Source: an uncultured Christensenella sp. (GTDB lineage Bacteria > Bacillota > Clostridia > Christensenellales > Borkfalkiaceae). From it: a stretch of 64,000 bases of DNA. The translations under genes and the position numbers were made by a program. Shown here one piece after another: positions 57,149 to 64,000 of the stretch. The stretch spans positions 33,253-97,252 of the forward strand of contig CAJTYL010000008.1 in assembly GCA_910583855.1 (NCBI GenBank), given 5' to 3'. The notes below the pieces were generated by a model, which was not told the origin of the DNA, ran no database searches, and was given only the letters and a program-made list of their open reading frames with translations. Each line of letters starts with the position of its first letter. Positions within the stretch are counted from its first letter, which is position 1.

Positions 57149-58261
57149 TTAATCGTTTGAGCTTGTCCTTACGGGCAAAATAAGGTACAATTTGCCTTTG
57201 TTTTCCTTGTTTTGGCATATAAACGGCTGAATATGATTGTTGAAAGACAGAGTTATTTCGTCTTCCTGCAAGGCGTTTACGGCGTCAATTATGAACTTGG
57301 AGTTCATTGCAATCCTTACGTCCTTGCCGTTTACGTCCGCCTTCACAGGCTCCTGTACGTTACCTATTTCGGAGGTTGAAGAAATTTCAATTTTATCTCC
57401 GCTTATATCAAAAATTATAAGGCTGTTTTTGTCGCTTCTGACGAGGATCGCCGCCCTCTCTATACTTGCTTTAAGCTTTTCCTTTTCAACCGTCACTTCC
57501 GTAACGAAATTTTTGGGGATAATGTTTTCTTTTTTGATAAAATCTCCGCCGTACAGCCTCGAAGTCAGCACCGTATTGTCGCAGGCAACCAAAATTATAC
57601 CGCTCTGCACGAATATTTCGGTCGTACCGTCACCGTCGGGTATCATTTTTTCGATTTCGTTAAGCGTTCTTGCGGGGCAGATTATTTCCATATTACCCGT
57701 TGAAGACACTACTTCACCCTTGACGGTGGCAAGTCTGAATCCGTCAAGCGACGTCACGCATATCTCTTTTCCGTTTATAACGAACTGGCAACCTTTTAAA
57801 ATAGGTCTTGAATCGTCCGTAGCGCAACAAAACGACGTTGAGCGGATAAAATCCTTCAGTTCCGTCGTTTTCATAACGAAACTGTTCTCGGTAATATCCA
57901 AATCTATACGGGGGAAGTCGTCTGCGGATAAAACCTGCATAGTCGTCTGACTGTCGGCGTATCCGATTTCCATTTTGTTTCCTTCTGTAGACAAAGAAAT
58001 TTGCACGCCTTCAAGTTTTTTAATGAAATCCGCAAAATATTTACCGGGAACGCAAACATTTCCCTCTTCGTAAATTTCTGCTTTTATGGTCTTTATAATA
58101 GAAATTTCACCGTCCGTTGCCGATAAAGTCAGGCAATCGTTCTTTGATGAAAGCTTGACGCATTCCAAAACGGGTACGGTCGTCTTTGAAGAACAAGCTT
58201 TTACAACCTTAAGCACTGCATCCGATAAATCAATCCCTTCACAAACACACTTCATAGTCAA
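57149..58261 (-). CDS. dnaN: DNA polymerase III beta subunit (sliding clamp)
   Basis: 370 aa with a three-domain clamp pattern (LSDAVLKVVKACSSKTTVPVLECVKL...). It sits next to the DnaA-box region. Confidence 0.9.
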   Translation of the reverse strand: MTMKCVCEGIDLSDAVLKVVKACSSKTTVPVLECVKLSSKNDCLTLSATDGEISIIKTIKAEIYEEGNVCVPGKYFADFIKKLEGVQISLSTEGNKMEIGYADSQTTMQVLSADDFPRIDLDITENSFVMKTTELKDFIRSTSFCCATDDSRPILKGCQFVINGKEICVTSLDGFRLATVKGEVVSSTGNMEIICPARTLNEIEKMIPDGDGTTEIFVQSGIILVACDNTVLTSRLYGGDFIKKENIIPKNFVTEVTVEKEKLKASIERAAILVRSDKNSLIIFDISGDKIEISSTSEIGNVQEPVKADVNGKDVRIAMNSKFIIDAVNALQEDEITLSFNNHIQPFICQNKENKGKLYLILPVRTSSND

Positions 58262-58350
58262 TCTCCGTTATTTTATCTTTTACTTATTAATTGTATTAAT
58301 AAAGATTTATTTAGTAATTATAATAGTAGGGGCTGGGGAAATGTGAATAT
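58262..58350. other. oriC-like unwinding module: AT-rich stretch (58262-58311), DnaA-trio-like triplets TAG TAA TTA TAA TAG TAG (58312-58329), GC cluster GGGCTGGGG (58330-58338), DnaA box TGTGAATAT (58342-58350)
   Basis: The order and strand of the elements match the box / GC-cluster / 5'-TA(G/A)-3' trio / AT-rich layout known from B. subtilis incC upstream of dnaN. Confidence 0.6.
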
Positions 58351-58449
58351 CTTTTCCCTAACGTACAATTTCATAAATATAATAACAAATTTCAGGGCAA
58401 AATGCAACAGAATGAGGGCGTTTTAGGGCATATTTCAAAATAAAAAAGG

Positions 58450-58592
58450 TGTGAATAACCGTAGTATAACTTCGTTGATAAAATGTGCAAAAAAGTTGAT
58501 TATGTTAATCTAAGTTTTATAATATCGTCCGTAAAAAAATAAACGACGCTCAAAGCGCAGGTTTTCCACAAAATAAAGTTGATAGTGGAAAA
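58450..58592. promoter_or_regulatory. Additional DnaA boxes upstream of dnaN
   Basis: TGTGAATAA (58450-58458, 8/9 to TGTGGATAA), TTTTCCACA (58562-58570, 8/9 to TTATCCACA), and AGTGGAAAA (58584-58592, 7/9). Confidence 0.55.
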
Positions 58593-58600
58593 CTAAAAGG

Positions 58601-58629
58601 TTGATAAAACACAAAAATGTTGATATAAT
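58601..58629 (+). promoter_or_regulatory. rsmG promoter, leaderless geometry (TTGATA-17-TGaTATAAT-6 nt-ATG)
   Basis: TTGATA 58601-58606, TGA TATAAT 58621-58629, TTAGTT, then ATG 58636. Confidence 0.55.
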
Positions 58630-58635
58630 TTAGTT

Positions 58636-59304
58636 ATGTTTTTTGAAGGCTACGAAGAATTTTCCGAAAAGTTTGAACTTTTTAAAGAAATTTTGAAAGA
58701 ATATAATAAAAAATGCAATTTGACGGCAATTTGCGACGAAAAAGAAGTGTATATCAAGCACTTTTTTGACAGCATAAAGCCGCAAAAAAACTTCCCAACG
58801 GGCGCAAAAGTTGTTGAAATAGGCTCAGGCGGAGGGTTTCCTTCAGTTCCCTTAAAGATAGTCAGAGAAGATTTAAACTTTACTCTTATAGAAAGCACCG
58901 GCAAAAAATGCGAATATCTGAAGCATGTTGTTGATAAACTCGGGTTTAAAGACGTACAAGTGCTTAATATACGCGCAGAGGACGGCGGGCGGGATAAGAA
59001 GTTAAGGGAGAGATTTGACGCCGCCACGGCAAGAGCTGTAGCAAGGCTGAACACGCTGTGCGAATACTGCCTGCCGTACGTCAGGTTAGGCGGTAGATTT
59101 ATAGCCTATAAAGGGGATGCGGACGAAGAGATTAAAGAGAGTGAAAACGCCGTAAAAATACTTGGCGGAGAAATAGAAACGGTTGAAAAATACGACCTTT
59201 TGGAAGGCTTCGGAAAGCGTACCGTAATAGTAATAAAAAAGGTGAAAGAAACGCCCGAAAAATATCCCCGCGGCAGAGGATTAGAGCGTAAAAAACCTCT
59301 TTAA
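58636..59304 (+). CDS. rsmG: 16S rRNA (guanine527-N7)-methyltransferase
   Basis: YNKKCNLTAI....KHFFDS and VVEIGSGGGFPSVPLKIV SAM motif. Length is 222 aa. Confidence 0.9.
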   Translation: MFFEGYEEFSEKFELFKEILKEYNKKCNLTAICDEKEVYIKHFFDSIKPQKNFPTGAKVVEIGSGGGFPSVPLKIVREDLNFTLIESTGKKCEYLKHVVDKLGFKDVQVLNIRAEDGGRDKKLRERFDAATARAVARLNTLCEYCLPYVRLGGRFIAYKGDADEEIKESENAVKILGGEIETVEKYDLLEGFGKRTVIVIKKVKETPEKYPRGRGLERKKPL

Positions 59305-59374
59305 AAAACAGGTAGCGCATAGAATTTTTTCAAAAAATCCGAGAGGGCGCAAAGAAAACCTGAAGGAAGAAATT

Positions 59375-59824
59375 ATGTATAAAAATTGCGCCTTTACAGG
59401 GCATAGAATTTTGCAAAAAGACTTCGATTATAACCTTCTCGACAGAGTAATTTTCAACCTTATTCAGGGCGGTACAAAGAACTTTTTTTGCGGTATGGCA
59501 ACGGGCTTCGATTTAGCTGCGGCGGAAAGCGTTTTGCAGTATAAAAAGGACTTTGATATTAAGCTTATCGCCTGCATCCCCTGTCTAGGGCAAGAGAAGA
59601 ATTTTAACAAAAAAAACAAGGAAAAATATACAAAAGTTTTAGAAAAATGCGATGAAAAGAAGGTTCTTTCCGAAAAATATTTTGACGGATGCATGTTCGT
59701 CCGCGACAGGTTCATGGTGGATAATTGCGACGTGCTCGTCACCTATCAGAGGAGAAAAAGCGGCGGCACCTCCTACACTGTGAACTACGCAAAATCAAAA
59801 GGAATAAATCTTATTGAACTTTAA
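59375..59824 (+). CDS. SLOG-superfamily protein, DUF1273 (YpsA/YoqJ-like), copy 2
   Basis: MYKNCAFTGHR, NFFCGMATGFDLAAAE, ACIPC, and RDRFMVDNCDVLVTY...GGTSYTVNYA. It is collinear with copy 1 at 36506-37006. The RBS GAAGGAAG lies upstream. Confidence 0.75.
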   Translation: MYKNCAFTGHRILQKDFDYNLLDRVIFNLIQGGTKNFFCGMATGFDLAAAESVLQYKKDFDIKLIACIPCLGQEKNFNKKNKEKYTKVLEKCDEKKVLSEKYFDGCMFVRDRFMVDNCDVLVTYQRRKSGGTSYTVNYAKSKGINLIEL

Positions 59825-59916
59825 AAACGCCGCAAACTAAGGCGGAAATATTTAACCGACAATAATTAAGCGATAATATAGACCGCGACGAAACGAATTA
59901 AAAGCGTAAAACACGA

Positions 59917-59950
59917 GGCGCAGAACTTAAAAAGTTCTGCGCCATTTTTT
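59917..59950 (+). terminator. Rho-independent terminator after SLOG copy 2 (also 3' of the convergent yyaC)
   Basis: GGCGCAGAAC (59917-59926), loop TTAAAAA, GTTCTGCGCC (59934-59943), then ATTTTTT. Confidence 0.8.
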
Positions 59951-60003
59951 ATTATAAACTAATTGCGGTTTGCGGTAATTTAACGCCGCTTGGATAGCAA
60001 CGG

Positions 60004-60588
60004 TTACACTGATTTTTTATCAAAAATATTTACTTCGTTCCCCCAGCTCCCCTTTTGTAAGTTTTCTAATATATATGAAGAAACGCCTTCTGCAATTATA
60101 GAAGCCATTTTGTATATAATATTCAGACGGGTTGCGGAAAAAAGCGAGTAATTAAACACCGACTTTTCGGCTACGATTCCCATTACGGACGCGTCGCCGA
60201 CGGTTGCGAGCTTCTTGTTTGCCCCGCTTCCCGGCTTAATTCCCGTTGGGGTAAGCTTAATTAGACCTATATCACCCGCAATGCCGACTGCAGCGTCAAT
60301 TGCTATTATCGGACTGTCCGGGTGGGTGGCGCGAAGAAATTCGTTCATATATTTAACTTCATGCGCCGTTATGGGTTTTGCAAGCGTACCGTAAACGTAG
60401 CAATTCAGCCCTGAAAGCTGCTCTTTCAGCATTGTTCCCGTAACAGGTCCCAAACTATCTCCGACAGATAAGTCGCTTCCAATACAGAGAACCGTCGGAG
60501 TTTTTGAAAATTTGGTTAACATTTTCCGCAACGTCAGGCAAATGCCCTGCGGAGCCAATGCATTGTATAAATTAAACGAATATTCCAT
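60004..60588 (-). CDS. yyaC: YyaC-family protein (putative sporulation protein / DUF1256 protease-like)
   Basis: PTVLCIGSDLSVGDSLGPVTG and IIAIDAAVG match my recollection of YyaC. Its origin-proximal position is as in B. subtilis. Confidence 0.75.
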   Translation of the reverse strand: MEYSFNLYNALAPQGICLTLRKMLTKFSKTPTVLCIGSDLSVGDSLGPVTGTMLKEQLSGLNCYVYGTLAKPITAHEVKYMNEFLRATHPDSPIIAIDAAVGIAGDIGLIKLTPTGIKPGSGANKKLATVGDASVMGIVAEKSVFNYSLFSATRLNIIYKMASIIAEGVSSYILENLQKGSWGNEVNIFDKKSV

Positions 60589-60727
60589 AAATACTGCTCT
60601 TAAAATAATAATATCGGTTAAATTATTGACCGATTACCGAAAATTTATAATTCTTATATATAATAATATCTTTAAATTTTCAGTAAAGTTACTCAAAAAA
60701 TCGCTCTCACGGGCTGAAAACAAAAAG

Positions 60728-61011
60728 TTTTCCACAAAATCCACAGCGCAAAATAGAAAAAAACAGTCGTGAAATGCTATAAAGCGGAATTTTATCCACA
60801 AAAAATGCACAAATTAATCAACATAAGGGGATTACTCGAAAATTTTGATAAAAACTTCAAGTAATTGTCCACATAAAAATTGCCGTTTTCAGTAAAAATC
60901 GGTAAAAAATGCCACATTTTTGAAAAATTATCCACAATTGCTAAAAATTGAGCGGTATACGTTTCACGTGAAACATAAAAAAGCTTAAAAAATTTGGTTG
61001 AATGTTCCACA
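60728..61011 (+). promoter_or_regulatory. Cluster of six same-orientation DnaA boxes (second oriC-like cluster), flanked on the left by a very AT-rich stretch (60589-60720)
   Basis: TTTTCCACA 60728-60736 (8/9), AAATCCACA 60737-60745 (7/9), TTATCCACA 60792-60800 (9/9), TTGTCCACA 60865-60873 (8/9), TTATCCACA 60928-60936 (9/9), TGTTCCACA 61003-61011 (7/9). Confidence 0.7.
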
Positions 61012-61154
61012 TGAAACATTTTTATTAACTAACTACGCGTAGCGCAATGCAAAATTTAATGATTTTCGACAAAAAGGCTGTTATTTGTTTAATAGACTGT
61101 GTGTGAAAAGTCTGTAAAATTTAAGTGATATATTAAACTTTTTTAACCAAATAC

Positions 61155-61184
61155 TTGCAAACAGGTAACTTTATCTGTTATAAT
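61155..61184 (+). promoter_or_regulatory. Candidate ftsH promoter (TTGCAA-18-TATAAT)
   Basis: TTGCAA 61155-61160 and TATAAT 61179-61184. Confidence 0.4.
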
Positions 61185-61214
61185 AAACTAAGTATCATAA
61201 TAAGGAGTCATATT

Positions 61215-63377
61215 TTGAATAAAAAAGGCAGAATCATATTTGGGTCTATCGTGTTGGTGCTTATAGTTGCCGCCATAATAATTATTTTGACGACTACTTT
61301 GAACGGTGGAGCAGCAAAAAAGACCACGACGCAATTCATATCTTACATGGAGAACGCGCAGTACTTTAAGGAAGATAAAGACGGCAAATATAACCCTAAC
61401 GGTGTAAGATATGCGCCCAATCTCGGAACGGGTGAATACGAGGGAAAAATCGTTAGCGCAAGCAAAAGTGAAAGCGAGGAAGGGTACGTTCTTGACGGAT
61501 ATAAGGTAGTTGAGGGTAAAATAGTTACCGACGACGAAAAAGAGTCCCCTTTAATAGTAATATGGAAAGTAGAGCTTAATTCCTACGAATATAAGGGTTA
61601 TACCTACAGCGACAAGAACGACAGAATGGTTTTATCCTATTACTGCTACGGACCGTCTCAGTACGGTTCCGAAGGGTGGGACCAGATTAAATCCTTCGGC
61701 GTAGAAGTTGATATGGCTAACCCCAACGCGGGCAGCTGGGTTTCAACGCTTTTTTCGGTTCTTTCAATCGTTATCGTCTGCGTGGTATTTTTCCTTATAA
61801 TACGCGCGTCGATGGGCGGTGGTGGCAAGATGATGAGCTTTGCCAAAACGAAAGCCCGCGTTACTACGAATATAAAGGTGCGCTTTACCGATGTGGCGGG
61901 CGCAGAAGAAGAGAAAGTAGAGCTTGCGGAGATTGTAGAATTTTTGCGCCAGCCCAAAAAATTCTCTGATTTGGGGGCGCGTATTCCTAAGGGCGTGCTT
62001 CTCGTGGGTCCTCCCGGAACGGGCAAAACTTTGTTTGCTAAGGCGGTTGCCGGTGAAGCGGGCGTTCCGTTTTTCTCAGTTTCGGGCTCCGATTTCGTTG
62101 AAATGTACGTGGGCGTGGGCGCGTCGCGTGTACGCGACTTATTTGAAATGGCTAAGAAAAACCAGCCTTGCATAATATTTATTGACGAAATCGACGCCGT
62201 GGGCAGACACCGCGGAGCGGGTCTTGGCGGCGGTAACGACGAACGCGAACAGACTTTAAACCAGATTCTCGTCCAGATGGACGGCTTTGAATCGAACGAG
62301 GGCGTTATCGTCATTGCGGCAACCAACCGTTCTGATATTCTTGACCCTGCTTTGATGCGACCGGGGCGTTTCGACAGGCAGGTATTCGTAAATCTTCCCG
62401 ACGTCAAGGGAAGAGAGCAGATTTTAAAAGTTCATGCGCGCAACAAGCCGCTTGCTCCCGACGTAAACCTCAGGAACGTTGCGCGTTTGAGCGCGGGCTT
62501 CTCGGGTGCGGATCTTGCAAACCTTTTGAACGAAGCGGCAATACTTGCAGCCCGCGCAAACAAGAAATTTATCGGCAATCCCGAACTTTACGAAGCTTTC
62601 GATAAAGTTGCTATGGGTCCTGCAAAGAAGAGCAAGGTTATTACCGAGCAGGATAAGCGGCTTACCGCATTCCACGAATCGGGACACTGCATTTTGGCGA
62701 AGCTTTGCACGAATTGCGATCCCGTTCACGAGGTTACGATTATTCCCCGCGGTAACGCAGGCGGTTTCACGATGATGCGACCCGAAAACGACCGTGCGTA
62801 CTACTCCAAAAATTATATGCTTGACGACATCTGTATGGCTTTGGGCGGCAGGGTTGCGGAAGAGCTTGTAATTAAGGATATTTCTTCGGGCGCGACGGGC
62901 GATATTAAGCAGGCAACCAAGTTTGCCCGTGCAATGGTCACCGAATTCGGTATGAGCGAAAAGCTCGGACTTATCAGTTACAGCGACGATTCGCAGCCTA
63001 TGTTTATCGGCAGAGATATGGCGACCCATAACACGTATTCCGAAGAAACGGCAAAGATGATAGACGACGAAGTTCGCGACATTATATCTACCCAGCACGA
63101 ACGCGCAATGAAGCTTCTGAGCGAGAACCGTAGCGTTCTCGACAATATGGCGAGAGTTCTTATCGAACGCGAAACCATTTACGCCGAAGAGGTGGATTTG
63201 CTTATGGAAGGCAAGAGCTATTCCGAGGTTATGAAGTATATGGACGAAGTGGACGATAAACGTTCGGAAAACCGTTTCAAGAAATTTGAAAACGATACTG
63301 CGGAATCTGCGGAAGGAGAAGAATTAGACGGTAAAAACGACGGCGGAGACGACGGAGAAAAGAATATCCGTTTTTAA
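61215..63377 (+). CDS. ftsH: ATP-dependent zinc metalloprotease FtsH
   Basis: Walker A GPPGTGKT, Walker [13 protein letters not shown], and zinc site HESGH. I place the start at TTG 61215, 7 nt after AAGGAG. The track start at 61155 lies inside the promoter. The loop between TM1 and TM2 is about 145 aa. Confidence 0.93.
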   Translation: MNKKGRIIFGSIVLVLIVAAIIIILTTTLNGGAAKKTTTQFISYMENAQYFKEDKDGKYNPNGVRYAPNLGTGEYEGKIVSASKSESEEGYVLDGYKVVEGKIVTDDEKESPLIVIWKVELNSYEYKGYTYSDKNDRMVLSYYCYGPSQYGSEGWDQIKSFGVEVDMANPNAGSWVSTLFSVLSIVIVCVVFFLIIRASMGGGGKMMSFAKTKARVTTNIKVRFTDVAGAEEEKVELAEIVEFLRQPKKFSDLGARIPKGVLLVGPPGTGKTLFAKAVAGEAGVPFFSVSGSDFVEMYVGVGASRVRDLFEMAKKNQPCIIFIDEIDAVGRHRGAGLGGGNDEREQTLNQILVQMDGFESNEGVIVIAATNRSDILDPALMRPGRFDRQVFVNLPDVKGREQILKVHARNKPLAPDVNLRNVARLSAGFSGADLANLLNEAAILAARANKKFIGNPELYEAFDKVAMGPAKKSKVITEQDKRLTAFHESGHCILAKLCTNCDPVHEVTIIPRGNAGGFTMMRPENDRAYYSKNYMLDDICMALGGRVAEELVIKDISSGATGDIKQATKFARAMVTEFGMSEKLGLISYSDDSQPMFIGRDMATHNTYSEETAKMIDDEVRDIISTQHERAMKLLSENRSVLDNMARVLIERETIYAEEVDLLMEGKSYSEVMKYMDEVDDKRSENRFKKFENDTAESAEGEELDGKNDGGDDGEKNIRF

Positions 63378-63449
63378 TATGTTTCCCGTGAAACCGTTGT
63401 CCGTAGGGAGTCGTTGAAAAGTACTTTAAAGAAGAGAGAGTTGAGGGTT

Positions 63450-64000
63450 ATGGGTAAAATCATTTCGTTTACTAACAAGAAGGGCGGAGTCGGTAAGACG
63501 ACGACCGCAATCAATATGTCGGCGTACTGCGCGGATATGGGCAAGAAGGTATTGCTCGTCGATCTGGATTCGCAGGGCAACGCAACGACAGGCTTGGGCT
63601 TTTCCAAAAGCGCATTGAAAAAGTCCGTCTACAACGTGCTGATTGAGGATGATTCGGTCGCGGCGAACGTGTTGCCTACGCAGGTAAAACTTTTGGATAT
63701 ATTGCCCGCTAACGTTGACTTGACGGGCGCGGAAGTCGACCTTGTTTACAAGCGCGGGAGAGAGCGCATACTTAAAAACGCGCTTGAAAAGGTGCGCGCC
63801 GACTACGATTACATATTTATAGACTGTCCGCCGTCTTTGGGGCTTTTGACCATAAACGCGTGGGTTGCGTCGGATTCCATAATTATTCCGATGCAGTCCG
63901 AATACTACGCCTTAGAGGGCGTAAGCCAGTTAATGAACACGATAGCGATGGTCAAGCAGCATTTAAACCCTCAGCTTATAATAGAGGGCGTCGTAATAAC
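63450..64000 (+). CDS. soj: ParA/Soj chromosome-partitioning ATPase (3' end beyond the window)
   Basis: Hand translation MGKIISFTNKKGGVGKTTTAINMSAYCADMGKKVLLVDLDSQGNATTGLG (deviant Walker A). It is not in the track because the frame runs off the edge. Confidence 0.9.
   Translation, partial: MGKIISFTNKKGGVGKTTTAINMSAYCADMGKKVLLVDLDSQGNATTGLGFSKSALKKSVYNVLIEDDSVAANVLPTQVKLLDILPANVDLTGAEVDLVYKRGRERILKNALEKVRADYDYIFIDCPPSLGLLTINAWVASDSIIIPMQSEYYALEGVSQLMNTIAMVKQHLNPQLIIEGVVI

Noticed and set aside
61155-61214. Track start of ftsH at 61155.
   Set aside because: The extra 20 codons cover the predicted -35/-10 hexamers and the AAGGAG RBS. TTG at 61215 is 7 nt after the RBS and precedes the basic-then-TM N-terminus.
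58262-61214. Looked for a dnaA gene, or a pseudogene remnant, between or beside the DnaA-box clusters.
   Set aside because: All ORFs of 60 aa or more in this interval are accounted for (rsmG, SLOG, yyaC) or are short AT-rich frames without Walker motifs. No DnaA-like translation was seen in any frame that I inspected.

Overview
The window looks like a Bacillota (Clostridia-like) chromosome segment that includes the replication-origin neighbourhood. Gene content and order support this: yaaO-tmk-holB-ricT...rsmI, jag-yidC-yidD-rnpA-rpmH, dnaN, rsmG, yyaC, ftsH and parA.

(1) nt 1-22095, minus strand: two tandem paralogous giant surface-protein genes. One is truncated by the window edge (about 1255 codons visible). 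The other is one uninterrupted 6083-codon ORF. It has three concatenated head plus parallel-beta-helix cassettes (GGGVY...GTFxMxGGxIxxNxA rungs), a stalk of roughly two dozen Ig/MBG-like repeats, and a C-terminal TM anchor.

(2) nt 22.6-58.3 kb: mostly minus-strand housekeeping genes. These are an NSS symporter, rex, glcK, dut, nrdG/nrdD (three NrdR-box-like palindromes), a lipase, an HNH-like protein, a RimK-type ATP-grasp, glpK, ttcA-like, tcdA, mnmA, rsmI, an ABC exporter, an M42 peptidase, a trmN6-like methylase, a 56-aa ferredoxin (not in the ORF track), ricT, holB, tmk, a PLP decarboxylase, lysS, greA, GTP-PEPCK, jag, yidC, yidD, rnpA, rpmH (not in the ORF track) and dnaN. An AT-rich islet (Xre HTH / SLOG-DUF1273 / small TM protein) abuts tRNA-Arg(CCG). 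That tRNA is preceded by two 96-bp repeats, each carrying a tRNA 5' half.

(3) nt 58.3-64 kb: an oriC-like module (AT-rich stretch, DnaA-trio-like triplets, GC cluster, DnaA boxes) lies directly upstream of dnaN. Then come rsmG, a second SLOG paralog, yyaC, a second cluster of six same-orientation DnaA boxes, ftsH and parA (truncated). No dnaA is present in the window.

Cross-cutting signals I think deserve follow-up:
- Six genes have sigma-A-like promoters whose -10 hexamer sits exactly 6 nt before the ATG, so they are leaderless candidates.
- A roughly 30-nt dispersed intergenic motif (CGTTAWTTAAGGCATATnnGGGGGTYAA) occurs in at least 9 copies.
- greA has a leader terminator.
- The tRNA-half repeats.

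All calls come from reading the sequence and ORF translations by eye. No database search was run.
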